From Geosiphon pyriformis uo1 (lineage: Eukaryota > Fungi > Glomeromycota), in contig JAAOMT010000161.1 of NCBI GenBank assembly GCA_016748015.1, positions 30,077 to 94,076 on the forward strand: DNA of 64,000 bases, written 5' to 3'. The notes beneath the pieces are model-generated. The model was given only the letters and a program-made list of their open reading frames with translations, was not told the origin of the DNA and made no database searches. Positions 1-16,408 of this stretch are shown here, piece by piece. Every line of letters starts with the position of its first letter. Position 1 is the stretch's first letter. Both the position numbers and the translations under genes were made by a program.

Positions 1-62
1 TTATAAAAAAAAATCTTAAATTTGAAAATAATTTGAAGTAAACATATGCTGTCTTCTTATAA

Positions 63-3355
<3,293 letters not shown>

Positions 3356-3749
3356 TATCTTGACTCTTGGCTAAAATAAAACTCAAGTCCTCGATCATAA
3401 ATGATGTCATCCGCTGTAATCAATAAATACAAAGCTCGTTTTATCGAATCCACTTTATACCGATAACATTAAATTTGCATTTTTGCGAAAATCAAGGGTT
3501 AAATGTAGTTGGGAAAGCCCAATATTTTTTTGGTCTGAATTCAAAGTATTTATACTGTGAATATGTAAATCTCTTGGTAATCTAACGTGTGCAGTCTCAT
3601 CTAGAGATGTTAATCGGTCTGTCTGGTCCCCAAGGGACGGACCGCAATTATCGTGAATCGTCCCACTTAATAATATTTAGGGTACTATAAAAATGTCAGA
3701 CGCGTTTCGAATAACTCTTTTTGCCAATATGGTCTTATACAAAACTAAT

Positions 3750-4840
3750 TGTGTATGTATTAATAAAAATTGTTGGTTCAAATAACACATTAGTTGATTG
3801 AAATTCAAAATAGTTACAAACATTTGTTAATATAAAAAACTCTTATACATTATATTAACAGATTAATTGACATTAGATAAAATAAAATTAGATAATTTTT
3901 TATTATAAAATTTTTTAATTTAAGTATATACAAATTAAAATATTGTAATAAACCCAATAATTTGGTATGTAGTTTTAAAAGTGTCTTTAATATTGTATTG
4001 TTACAAAAACAACATATAATTAATCATTTAAACTAATTAAGACTATTCTAAATTAAACAAAAAAAACAAACTTTGTATTTTTATCTTGCCAATACAAAAA
4101 TTTTGATAATTAATATTTTTAATAAATTTACACACTACAAATAAATAGACTTTTTGCTATTATTTATAAAGAAAACATAAAAGTTTTAAAGCATTATTAA
4201 TTTATTAAAAGTGTTTTTATTTACAAATAAAGTTTTATTATTATTATTATTATTTATTATATTATTATTACATAATTAACACTAAAATTAAAACCATATT
4301 TTTTTGTAAAACTAACAAAAATTTTGTATATATTATTTATTAAAATTATTATATTATTAATTTGTTTTTTAATTTAAAAATATTTTTTCATATTTATTTT
4401 AATATTAGATATTATTAATTAAAAATTAATACAAAATTTAATAACAAATAAACAGTTTTTATATAAAATTTTATATTAATAAATTAATTTTTAAAAATTT
4501 TAAACAAATTATAAACTTAAATAAAAGTTTTATTAAACAAAATAAAAAAAATTTGTACTTAAAATTAAGTAATTTAAATCTTAATACTTAGAACAGTATT
4601 AATAATTAGAAATTTTTTATTAAATAAATCTTTTTTTTTAAGTTTTAGTTTTAATATTATTATTATTTAAGCTTTTTTAAAAAGCCAAAAATAATAATAA
4701 CATATTTTTAAAGCAATATTATTAATAAAAAATTTAATTAATTTGATTTTAAAATTGTTTTTTATTAATAAATCAAAATAATATATTATATTATTATTAA
4801 TTAATAAATTTAACTTAATATCAAAAAATTAACAAAAACT
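3750..4840. repeat. Extremely AT-rich decayed repeat DNA, origin unresolved
   Basis: Almost no C/G; same texture as the identifiable decayed transposons further right. Confidence 0.4.
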
Positions 4841-4963
4841 CTTTTTTTTGTTGATCCTCCAGTCACGACGAGATCATTGAGTCATCACTGAAATAGTCTT
4901 CTTTTTCCCTTTTCCCTTCAACTTTCTCCAGTTATTTCTTCAAACATTCCCCTTTTTGTAGCT

Positions 4964-7788
4964 ATGAAACCGGTGGGCTTTGTTGCTGGTGGTTCTGGGT
5001 CCATTTCGGCTGGATTGGGAACCCAGTTTGGTGTCAAAAATAAGCATTCGATTGGTCCTCAATCTCATGGTGCATCCTATAAGAAGCCGAAGAAATCTGT
5101 GGTGGTTGATGGTTTGGTGAAATTGTCTGCTAGTGTCTCGAACGTTATAGATGAAAGTAGTGACAGACCTAATATTGGACGATCGTGGGCTAGCAAAGTC
5201 AACAGTGAAGTGGACAGCATAAGTGGCATCTCAGACTTGGATAACTTGGAAAACGTTGTTGCTAAAAAAACTAGCTATGTGAAGTCGGATGTTTTGGGTT
5301 TGGATAACAACATGAACAATGCCATGCCAAGGAAAATGTGTACCTGCATCTATGTTCTGAACAGTAAGCCACCACCTCTCTCTTTCAACATTTTAAGTGA
5401 TGGTGAAGATATTTTGCCTCTTCCGAGTCCCAAATTTTATGGATCCAATCGCCTTCCTCTAGTTGAGTCACATGCACCAGAGAAACGGAATTTTAATTCG
5501 TCAAAATCATTTGCATTAGATATTGAGCTATCTGCCATTTCTGGCAAAACTAATAGTGATAAGTTAGTCTCAATCAAAAAAATTTTTTATCATGTTGATG
5601 GTTTTGGGGGGGCCTCCATTCTCTCAAAGTTCCCTGGGATTATCAGATCTACTTTCATTTCAGAAGCTAATATGAATAAGGCAAAGAGTTTGGAAGATTT
5701 TAGTTAATGATGAGCTAAGAAAAGTAAACAGTCGTTCAAATCAGGAAATTGTGGTCAAGGAGATTCTGGTCAATCTTCCCAAATTGGCTGTGAAATCAGT
5801 TTTTTCCAAGTTTGGTAAGATTGTTTATCAGATTGCAGCTAATTGGTCTATGGCAAAAGGCCTTAGTGAAGTTTGAGTCAGCTGAAATAGCTGGCATGGT
5901 TGCTTTCAAGTGGTCAGTTCTCATGGGTAAGGATTCTGTGCGAATGGCTTTGGCAATTGAAGATAAACAATCATGGGTTTTCAAGGATCAGCATTGGGCT
6001 TTGTTGTATACTTTGTCAGTAGGAACAACAGTCCATAATTTTTCTGATTTGTTGGAATCATATGGTGAGAAGACATATTTCATTGGTCACAATCCTGTTT
6101 CTTACATTCGCAATAGGTGTGTGACTGTTTGTTTTGATGATGAGACAACCAGATTGGTTGCTATTGGTTCAGTTTCAGTCTTCAAGAGTGTGAATTTATG
6201 TTGGGCCAGTCTCTCTTTGGCTTGTTGTGCCAAGTGCGAACATTTTGGTCATGTTTTAGATATGTGTTCAGTTGGTGGTTTCTTTGGTGGTCATTGTTAC
6301 AGATAATTATTTGGGGTCTCAAGTCAAATAACAAATCTGTAACTTGGTGCTCAAAAGTAATTTCCGTTGATGATGTTCTGAAAGTATTGTATCTGAAGGC
6401 TTTGATGGAGTCCTTTGTATAATAGACAGAGATTCAATAGTTGTTTTATCCATAGCTCTCCAGACTTGCAAGTCTGTCAATTTTTTTCTCAGCTTAGTGG
6501 CTGGCAATCTTCTAATAAGTAATCCATATCTACTGTATGTGTCTTACCTTCTCACAGGGGTCTTTTATCAAGCAATCCTTGACGTTAGTAATCTAGCACT
6601 TTATTCAATCTATTAGTGCACAACAATAAAATCAAAGAAAACAAAAAAAGAAAATAAAAGAAAATAAAGAGAAAATAAAAGTTTGGCCAAAATGCAATTG
6701 CAAGTTAGTATTCCGTTAATAGCCGTGATTAAGAGCTATTGTTCTAGTGTAGTCAAGTAGGAATTATTATCAACATAAAGTGTTGATAGTGAACAGTAGA
6801 ATTGAGATAACAAATAGTTATTTATTCGATGATTGTGATAACTAAGTTAAGGATTCTTGGTGTCAATTCTGTCTTTTCTGCTTTTAATGCTACTGCTATA
6901 TATACATATTTGAGATTCCTCAATTCCTCAATTCTTTGTGACAGAAATCCTGGAATTTCTGGAATCCTGTGATTCCTGATGAGAGGAATCCTGAAATTCT
7001 GGAATCCTGTGATTTCTTGTCAGGGAATTCTAAAATTCCTGGAATCTTGCAATTTCTCTGAGAGGAATTCTGAAATTCCATATTTACTATGTCTACATTT
7101 GATTGGCTAATATTTACTGATTACTAATACTATATTTCCTATATTCTATGAGTAATATTGTGGAAGAAAGATGGTGTCTGTTCATGATTAGGTTCGCTTA
7201 ACAAATATATATAAGAAAAAACATGCTCTAGTTGCTTGCCCTGTCTCTTTTGGTGGCAAGTCTTGGGCTTAGGTTGCTTTACTTGCTGTTCCTTCTGGTG
7301 CTGGTGCCCGAACTGTTTCTGGTCCTGGTGTTCTTGTGTCTGGTGCCCTTTCTGCTAGTAGATTACTGACGGAAGTTCCAAATGTTTCTTGTATTGTTGA
7401 TCACCTGGCTGTATTGAAATGGTCCTTTGAGCTTTTGTCTAACCAAATGTCTGAAATAGTGCATAGACTAAATGGTGTGGATTTGGTTCCTCTGGTTCCT
7501 GTTTTTCCTGTTGTATCTTCTGTTGTCTCTGCTTCTCCTGTGGTGTTCTCTGTTCAGGACATGGCTTTGGATCCTCTATTTTCTTCTTCTTATTTCTCTT
7601 CCTCAGTTTCTGTTTTGGAGAACATTGTTTCCGATTTAAGTTTGAGCAGTTCAAAGATTCTTACCTCCAAAGTTGGTGGGCTTGAATCTAAGTTGATGGC
7701 TCTTGATGTTGCTGTTGGTTCTATATTAGCAAAATTGGATCAGCTGGGTACAGGGTTAAAGTCTCCTTAACACTCTATTTCTCAATGA
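4964..7788 (+). pseudogene. LINE ORF1 (RRM-like region + CCHC knuckle CAKCEHFGHVLDMC + coiled-coil C-terminus), disrupted
   Basis: ORF pieces 4964-5707, 5812-6306 and 7336-7770 are collinear with copy B ORF1 (23149-25095); split by the solo LTR at 6295-7157. Confidence 0.88.
6295..7157 (-). mobile_element. Solo LTR of a second LTR-retrotransposon family
   Basis: Termini TGTTAC...GTAATA. Flanks TCAT (6291-6294) and TTGT (7158-7161) are both CpG-decay products of a 4-bp TSD TCGT, and removing the insert restores ORF1 GGRGRK. GGAAT(T)CC tandem repeats at 6912-7079 lie upstream of a minus-strand TATA (~6898-6906). Confidence 0.85.
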
Positions 7789-10750
7789 CAAATCTTATCT
7801 GGAAAATAGCCACATGCAATGTCAAGGGTATGAACAATGTGGTGAAGCAAGAAGACATTGTGCATTGGCATAACTCTATGAACAATTTGGTTTTGATTTT
7901 TATGGAAATGAAGCTCAAAGGGCATGCTCGTCTCTGGATAGCTGACAAATTCGATGGTGTTTGTGTATTTGTCTCTGGTTTGGACTCTGGTCATCTTGGT
8001 TCTGGTGTGGCAATTATAATGAACAATTCTCTAGCCAAGCATGTGTGCAAAGTTTCTGAGATTTCCAGTCGACTTTTATCTGTTAAATTGCTCTTTAGGA
8101 ATAAACTTTCTGTTTCTGTGTTAGGGCTGTATGCTGGCGCTTTTTCGGCTGCTTGTTTTTCCCAGGCCAGTGAAATTAATTCTTTTGTTGCCAAGGCTGT
8201 GAATGATTCTTTTTTTGTCATTTTTGGTGGTGATTTCAATGAAAATGGTTCTCGTAGGTGTGCTAGTTTCAAAAAGTGTTTTGACTTGGGCTTGGTCAAT
8301 GCTTTGGGTAGGAGTTTGTTCTCAAAATCATTTATATGGTGTAATTCTCATGGTGTAACTAAAACAATTGATTACGTGTTCGTCTCTTCTGGTTTGGTCA
8401 ATGTGATTGTAAATTGCAGTGTGATGGATGTTGTGGAATTTTTTGATACTGATCATAAGGCTGTTTCCATTTCCATGGGTTTGGGTGGTTTGTTGAACAC
8501 ACGGCTCTCTGCTATGCACAAACAGGCCAACAAAGATTGTTGGAAATTTGACGTTAAAAGTGCTGATGTTTTGAAATGGGAAAAGTTTGGGGACATGTTA
8601 GCTGCCAATGCTTCTGTGTTTTTGGATAAGTTTGCTGTGGCTAAGGAATGCTCGGATTTGAATTTAATATGGGATGTCATTCATAGGATTATGGTTTTTT
8701 CCGCTAATAGAACATTAAAAAAAAATGGTTTAAGGGTTATAATAGTGTTTTTACCAAAGTATCTTCTAAGTTTCATAAGTTGAAGTTGCTGGTTTCCAAG
8801 TTAGTGAGAGCTTCTTGTTTGGCATCTGGTGATGTCTTTGCATCACTGTTGGAGGTATGAGATAAGCTCGACCCAGTCAGTGCCTCGGCAACAAAATTGG
8901 TCTTTTTTTCAGGTGCTAATTTTGATGCTGTTTGGTCTGTGCTGGCTAAAGCAAGGAAATTTTATCACTCCTTCAAGCTTCTGGAATCCAAGCGTGCAGA
9001 GGAGTTCCAGATCAGACAGGCTATTACCAGGCATATGAAGAGCTTTGTATTAAACAAAGGTCATACTATCAGGAGTGTGTTAGAACATCTCTTTCATAAG
9101 GTGGTATTAGACCATCTGGTGGTCAGTGATGAGCTGGTTTTGGAGCCTGAGTTGGTGAAATCTAGGGTAGATGTGGTTATGGAGGGCTGGACATGGACAC
9201 ATGAGGTGGTCTCTAATATGTCTGATGTTTGGGTTTATCAATATCAACCTCTGGATTACGTTTTTGATAGTGCTTTCTCTAATGTTATGTGCTCAATCAG
9301 CTTTGATGAGATGTCTATGGTCATTTTAGATTTACCTGATGGGAAGATGGCCAGTCTCTCTGGTATTTCAAATAAATTGTGGAAGCACTGTGACAAATTG
9401 GTTTTGGATATGCTGTCGGTTCTTTTGAACTCTTGTTTGGTTTGTGAATTGGTCCCTGGACTTTGGAAGAAAGCTTGGGTTTCCATGATTCCTAAACCTT
9501 ACAAATGGAAGGGTGTTTTCACGAATACTTGTCCTATTGCTTTAATTAAAACAGCCTACAAGGTTCTGTTCAAGATTTTGTTAGATAGGATTTCTTTGGT
9601 TTGTAGCAAGTTTGACGTTTTGTGTGGAGACAATTTCTCGGTTTTGAAGAGTATGACAACACAGTTTCCGATCTTTGCCATTGGTTTTGTGATTGAGAAT
9701 GCCTTGGAGAAGAACCATAAACTATGGTTGGTTTTGCAAAACATGCACAAAGCCTATGATTCTGTTAGTTGGGAGCACCTTAGGAGGAGTTTGGTTAAGA
9801 TCAAGATGTATGACAGTTTTATTAAGTTCTTTGGCTTCATCTACAATGGTCACACTAACAGGGTGATGACAAATTTCAGTTTGACAGATGGATATTATGT
9901 GCATGATGGCTTGGATCAAGAAGAAGTTTTCTTGCTGCTTTTGTGGCACATATTTTATGATTCACTTCTTTGTGAGGTTAAGAGGCAGGAGGCTGTATGT
10001 GGCTATAGATTAAATTTTTATTTCGTTTTCAAAACTGGCCAGGTGGAATCTCAAGCTGGACTGACATCATTTCTGGCCACTGGTGCTTTTGTTGATAATA
10101 CGATTTGGATAGGCAATAGCCAGTCAGCTACTCAACACATTCTCAATGTCGCTAGTGATTTCTTCAGGATTAATGACATTTTAATAAATAATAAAAAAAC
10201 TGTGGCCATCCTTATTAACTGTTGGGTAGTGAACTCTACTCTTAATATCAGTGGCTTGCCTATCTCTGTTGCTAAAAAGGGGGAACCTCATTATTATTTG
10301 GGAATTTTTCTTTCTTTTGAAGGTTTGTCTAGGCCTAGCTTGGTTAGAGCGCATTTAGATGTTTGGTTTTTTACCAATCTTGTCTTGAAAAAAGCAATTT
10401 CAGATAAACAATTTGCATATTTAGTGTCAGCAGTTCTTGTTCTTATTGTCAGTTACAGGACTCAGTTCAGTTTTGTCCCTACTAATGTGTGCAACAAATG
10501 AGATGCTCTCATTCACAAGAGTTTGAAATCTAAGTCTGGTCTGCCTCTCAATTTTCTCAATGATGCACTTTATCACCTTTCTTTATATAGTTTAAAAACA
10601 TTCGAGCAGATTCAGGCTGAAAGTAAATCAGCTTCTATTGTTTTTTTTGCAAATTTGGTTGGTGTTTTGGGTTGGTTGTTTTCTCACAGATCTCATGATC
10701 TCCAGGTTCTCAGCTGGTGCCCATGACATCTGTTACTATTTCTGACTTGT

Positions 10751-11733
10751 TGTTACCAGACAAAATTAGAGATATTATTTAGCATGAAATTATCTTATAA
10801 TTCCTATCATTAATTAGCATATATTATCATTTTAAATGATCACTTATTATATTAGCAAAATGTCCGAAATTATCATTTAATTAATAACCCAAATTGTACA
10901 CAATACCAATGTAACCTAATTGCAATGATCAATCATGCAATACTCCAAACTATGTAACATTCAAAAAGTTCGCCGAAATTTGTAAAAATTCGCCGAAATA
11001 ATTGATAGTTCACCGAAATATCTAATAGTTCGCCGAAATAACTTATAGTTTGCCAAAATGTATCTTTAGTTCAGCGAAATTGTAGAAAATAGCAAAGTTT
11101 GAGTTCATAGAATAGTGTTACGACAAGTTGTATAAAAGAAGAGCTTCTCTCTTTGAGAAAATGTATCTTACTTTAGATTTATCTTCTACAAACCATTTCT
11201 ATACACACAAAAAGAAATAAATATCAAATAATTTAAAAAACCAAATTCTCTAAATTATTGTACTTGGAAAATTCCCAAAACCCAACTAACATTTCAAAAT
11301 TGATTAGCTACCAATTTCAGTAAACTGTTAGTGACTCCAGGCCTGGATAGAAAACGTTTTTCTTGATAAAATTCTTATTTCTTTTTACATTTCTTTTATT
11401 TTCTTTTATTTTTCTTATTACAATCATTAAGGTAGCCTACAGACAAGATTCCTGTAGAAGAATTGACTTTCACAGCAAAGTAACTACACATTTTTAGTGA
11501 ACTTCCAGACGAACAATTCCTGGGAAAGAGTTGACATTTACTACAACATAACTACATAAAGTAACTGGCAAGGAATTGGCCATTCCACTTATAAGCCCAG
11601 CAGTTCAAATTATAGGAGATAATTTGAAGATAAATTCAGTTACTGGAGGTTCAACCACATCCAGAAAACGTGAATTCACAGCAAATAAGTATCAACAACA
11701 TTACAGAAAAGAGACCAAAAACCTCTGGTAACA
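10751..11733 (+). repeat. 5' LTR of gypsy copy 1
   Basis: TGTTACC...GGTAACA inverted termini; matches 16377-17358. Confidence 0.95.
10965..11137 (+). promoter_or_regulatory. U3 enhancer-like array (six ~20-bp units, core TTCGCCGAAA) followed by TATA box TATAAAA (11131-11137)
   Basis: Periodic repeats upstream of TATAAAA; conserved in all LTR copies of this family. Confidence 0.6.
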
Positions 11734-11735
11734 TT

Positions 11736-11750
11736 TGGTGCTCTCCCATG
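11736..11750 (+). other. Primer-binding site TGGTGCTCTCCCA (tRNA 3' end ...GGGAGAGCACCA; not initiator Met, possibly Thr)
   Basis: Starts 2 nt after the LTR end with TGG; same 13-mer in copy 2 (41663-41675, minus strand). Confidence 0.85.
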
Positions 11751-11778
11751 GAAATAACACAGCAAAAACAAATTCAAA

Positions 11779-14700
11779 GTGGTGACCACACCAGACGCAA
11801 CAACTCTAGAGTATTACCAATCAATTTACACCCACTGCAAGCAAAGATTCAACATTCCAGACAGAATTGAAGTTGTCAAAAAATCAGTATACCAATACAT
11901 TGAAAACCGCATCAACAATTATCTTTTTGGAAATTATAATATCTCAGAAGTTAGAACCAACCTTTACAATAATTTAGTACACTATTCACAGTTGGGAACT
12001 GAAGACCTTAATAGTGAAACACTTGCCACTTACTTTCACGAACTTAATTTTAACATTATCAAATACTGTGAAGAAACATATCCAGTGCAGTCTCAATACA
12101 CTATTGATTTTGAATTGGAAACAGAAACAAGCAACAAAGGCAAAAACAAAATTAAAACAATATTCAAGAACCACCCCAAATACTCCAATACTACCAAAAA
12201 CAACTGCCAAACATTTACAAACACCTGAACAAGGAACCAGTTCAAAACTTCCACTTACTATCACACCTTTTCTAGCTTCACTTGCACAAACACAAACACC
12301 TAATTCACCCTTGAATCAATTTGCAAGACCAGAAGATTTTACATTACTCAGAAGTTCCACCAAACAACAAGAATCCCTTCAAACTAGTTCCAATCTTCTT
12401 GATTTTCTAGCTGAAAATCAAAGTGAACACTCTGAGACAGCAGCAAACGAAGAAAACAACTCTGAAATAACCGAAAAAGAATCAATAGACAGTGAAAATG
12501 AAGAAAACAAAATGACAACATACATCGCAAAAATCCCTGAATTCAATGGAGAAGATATTGAGACCAGTCTCCAAGAATGGCTTGACCAAGTTACTAAAGC
12601 TGGAGATGCAAATGGATGGAACGCTGCCAGAATGTTAAGAACAATTCCCTACTTTCTCAAAGGAACAGCAGGAGAATGGTTTGAAAACCTTGCCGCCCCA
12701 TTGAATGATTGGAATGCTTTCAAAACAGCCTTTCTTGAACAGTTCACTGACAATAATACCTCTATCACTCTTCGCAATCGTTTTCGAAATATCAAACAAG
12801 AACCCTCCGAATCCGTTATGACTTATATTGGGAAATTCAACAAACTTCTCAGACGGATTTGCCAACTCGAGACAAACGATTATTATTCCGATGCTCAAAT
12901 CTTGGATCAATTTATCGCTGGTCTAAAAGATAAACTAATTAAAAAGGTTCGCCCACATGCGCCAGAAGATTTAAACTCTACAATACAGCACGCGAAAAGA
13001 TACGAAATGGCCATAGAAGAAGCCAATTGTACAAAACTTGTAAATTTGGCAATTGGAGAAACCAGCTCAGCAGCTGAGAAAAAAATTGACCAACTCACAA
13101 AGAAGGTCGAAAACTATTTTACCAACCAACAACAACAACCCCAAAGACAAAATCAAAATAACTTTGCACTACTTTCCAATAACCAGCCCCAAAATTGCCA
13201 TTACTGTGGAATCTCTGGCCACTGGAAAAGAAATTGCAGAAAGCTGCAACAAGACCAACAAAATAGGGGTAATCAACGTTACTCTCCACCACAGCAATCT
13301 TATTATCAACCATTACTACCAGTTTACTATCCACTAAGACCCCAATACTAAAATAACTATTATCAGCCCGCCCTACAACCAATCCAACAGCAATACCAAC
13401 AACCACCTACACAACATTATTAAGTACCTGCTCGAAGACTGATTACACAAAATCAATTCACACCACAAAACCGATACCAAGTAAACAACAGTAGAATCAG
13501 TTCGAACAACCAATTGGTTCTCCGAAATACCACTCAATCAAGACCCAACCATTACCACACTCAACCCAGTTATTTAACAATGCCGGAAGAACAGGATTTT
13601 CACCATACTGTACTCTTGGAAGGTAGAGCTGCAGCACAACAACAACAAAACCCTTCTCATAACCACACCACTATTCCACCAGCCCGAATTGCTGAAAATG
13701 CCAATCTCTCTGATATCTTTCCTTTTGAATTTGAAGCAAATGAATTACCATTCTTGCTTAGCAATGCAGCGGCTAATGAGCAAAAAGCCATCACTGCAAT
13801 GTACGCAAAAGCTGAAGTAGAAGGAAAGCCAATTCGCTTGATCCTAGACAGTGGATCTGCCGGAAGCATTATTACCTACCAGTTAATGCAACAGTTGAAA
13901 AGAAATGTTGACTGACCAGCTCAAACAGTAATCATCACTGCTGATGGCATGAAAAAGACACCAGTAGAAGAAATTGACAATTTTCCATTTACTCTTGATG
14001 GAATTACCATTCCAGTCAAAGTTCTTGTAATGGACGCACCCCAGTACCAAGCTCTCGCCGGAAATGATTGGCTTCAAAAAGCCAATGCTAATCTGAATTG
14101 GGAAACACAAGAGTTAACAATCTCTTACCAAAAACAACACGCCCAGGTACCTGCCATTTGTGGTACATTCAACAAACGCTCTGAAAAAGCCCCAGCTTTT
14201 GAATTTGAACCAAAAGAAGAAAAACCAATAATCAAAACATTCATGGCTCTTGGATCAACGTCCAACTGGGCCGATGAAACAGAACAAGAACATTTTTCCC
14301 CACACACTAAACCCAAAACCTCTGGATGGAATATACCTTACTCAAAACCCAAACCAAGAAAACAACGCCCCTATATTCCCCTTAAATATAAGGACTGCCA
14401 CAAGAAACTATCATCAATGGAAGCCTGCATTTCACCTGAAGAAGAATATGAGAATCATACTTGTTATTACTGCAAGGCTTGCCACAGAGAGTGATGGGGC
14501 CATCTAATAAAAAGGAGTGGAAAATGGGACAACACTGCTTGTTTGACTTGTGGAGATATGCTACTGGAAGAATGCAATTGGATTGATATAGCAATGAGAG
14601 GAGGCGTCTGCGATCAGAGCTGTCAATATGCCTTATCAATTTCAGAAAAAGTAAAAAGAGGAACACTCTTTAATGCAGCATACAACAGTGCTTTCAACAA

Positions 14701-15265
14701 ACTTTATCACTATTCTTATGATGCCGAGATGATTTTCGACTTAGCAATGGCATTAATTAATAGAGCTACCAAAGAAGATGTTTGTCAAATAAAGAAAGCA
14801 GAATACATTGAATACACTATGGAATTAGCTGGATTTGATTACGAAGATAAAGTAGAAGTCTATCACCAAATTGCAAGTCACACCTACTCAATCCAAGAAG
14901 CTCAAATTCAACGATTAGAGCAAATGAACATTAGGCTATGTGAAGAATGCATTATGCTTTGTGATGAACAATGGTGTCCCGAATGCTATGCTCTTAGTAT
15001 CCCCTTGCCCAGCAAAAATGATGAGAATGAAATTGAATTTGGAGAACCTGAAGAAACGGAAGAAATTAAAACAACACCCATCTACCTTATTAAAAATCAG
15101 CCTGCCTTATAACTTAAATACTTCAACAACAACGGACAAGGAATAAAACCTAAAAAAGCACACGAAATTGATGCTGGATATGACCTAAGATATCCAGGCA
15201 AGGATACTCTTGTTCTCAAACCCAAATCTCTCACAAAAATCAACCTCAAAATTGCACTTGAAATC
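11779..15265 (+). pseudogene. Single-frame gag-pol 5' part: N-terminal extension, Gag capsid + CCHC knuckle, aspartic protease, Cys-rich domain, dUTPase (start)
   Basis: IPEFNGED..QEWL, QEPSESVMTY..F, CHYCGISGHWKRNC, LILDSGSAGSII, CxxC cluster, AHEIDAGYDLRY. ORFs 12014, 13514, 13949 and 14543 share one frame and are separated only by point stops; one frameshift near 12150. Confidence 0.92.
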
Positions 15266-15730
15266 NNNNNNNNNNNNNNNNNNNNNNNNNNNNNNNNNNN
15301 NNNNNNNNNNNNNNNNNNNNNNNNNNNNNNNNNNNNNNNNNNNNNNNNNNNNNNNNNNNNNNNNNNNNNNNNNNNNNNNNNNNNNNNNNNNNNNNNNNNN
15401 NNNNNNNNNNNNNNNNNNNNNNNNNNNNNNNNNNNNNNNNNNNNNNNNNNNNNNNNNNNNNNNNNNNNNNNNNNNNNNNNNNNNNNNNNNNNNNNNNNNN
15501 NNNNNNNNNNNNNNNNNNNNNNNNNNNNNNNNNNNNNNNNNNNNNNNNNNNNNNNNNNNNNNNNNNNNNNNNNNNNNNNNNNNNNNNNNNNNNNNNNNNN
15601 NNNNNNNNNNNNNNNNNNNNNNNNNNNNNNNNNNNNNNNNNNNNNNNNNNNNNNNNNNNNNNNNNNNNNNNNNNNNNNNNNNNNNNNNNNNNNNNNNNNN
15701 NNNNNNNNNNNNNNNNNNNNNNNNNNNCTA

Positions 15731-16408
15731 ATGTTAGCTTTAAAAACAATACCCGAATTATCTATTACTGTTACTGGAAACCACATTAATTATACCCAAA
15801 CAGAAGTAGTTACAAATTTAGCCCCAAACTCACGAAAATATTACCCATATAAAAAAAACACAAGAAGTTATACTGGAATTCATCTGCCAGAACTTTTAAA
15901 GCTTGCTTTAAGAGAAAACTTAATGCTCACTCCAATTAGTATTCCACCAAATGCTACAATTCAACAAAAACTTCAACTGTGTCTCAATGAGGAAAACACT
16001 GAATATCCTCCAATCTATAGATATTTTGACATTGGAAAAACACTCTACGAACGGAAACTGGAACTTATAACAGCAAACCTTACAAAAGAAGCTATTCAGA
16101 AACAACTCCACAACAAATTCAAGACAACAGCTGGATCAACAAACAGTCACTACAGGCTTAGAGCCACTCTTAGACTTTATGACCTATTTTACACCTGTGA
16201 AAATGTACTACAAAACCCAATTTTTCAACCTTTGAAGATTCAATACATTGGAAAGCTCACAGAACTGAAATTTCAACAATTTTCAGACCAAATTTCTTCA
16301 ATAATTTTGGATTATTATCTGGAAAAAACAGACAGTACTTGGACTTTGACAGAGCTTAGTCTTGAGGAGGAGGTTATATTACCAGACAAAATTAGAGATA
16401 TTATTTAG
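15731..16408 (+). CDS. Accessory ORF3 of gypsy copy 1 (unknown function; 5' end probably in the N gap; runs through the PPT into the 3' LTR)
   Basis: Uninterrupted 225 aa, clearly homologous to 33753-34460. Confidence 0.8.
   Translation: MLALKTIPELSITVTGNHINYTQTEVVTNLAPNSRKYYPYKKNTRSYTGIHLPELLKLALRENLMLTPISIPPNATIQQKLQLCLNEENTEYPPIYRYFDIGKTLYERKLELITANLTKEAIQKQLHNKFKTTAGSTNSHYRLRATLRLYDLFYTCENVLQNPIFQPLKIQYIGKLTELKFQQFSDQISSIILDYYLEKTDSTWTLTELSLEEEVILPDKIRDII

Noticed and set aside
3616-3645. GC-rich hairpin CGGTCTGTC..GACGGACCG downstream of LeuRS
   Set aside because: Single short occurrence; cannot distinguish chance from a MITE remnant.
10965-11082. Regularly spaced TTCGCCGAAA repeats resembling a CRISPR or iteron array
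   Set aside because: Units are ~20 bp without unique spacers, lie inside LTR U3 and recur in every LTR; no cas genes; eukaryotic context.
11670-11870. Small ORF starting in the LTR (also 17295-17681 and 41541-41768)
   Set aside because: Non-ATG starts, overlaps the better-supported Gag-extension frame, and 17295-17681 is an LTR/LINE junction chimera.
15266-15727. Gypsy copy 1 as a non-autonomous RT/IN-less element
   Set aside because: The missing ~3.7 kb coincides with an assembly N gap, so true content is unknown; the X-rich ORFs are artefacts.
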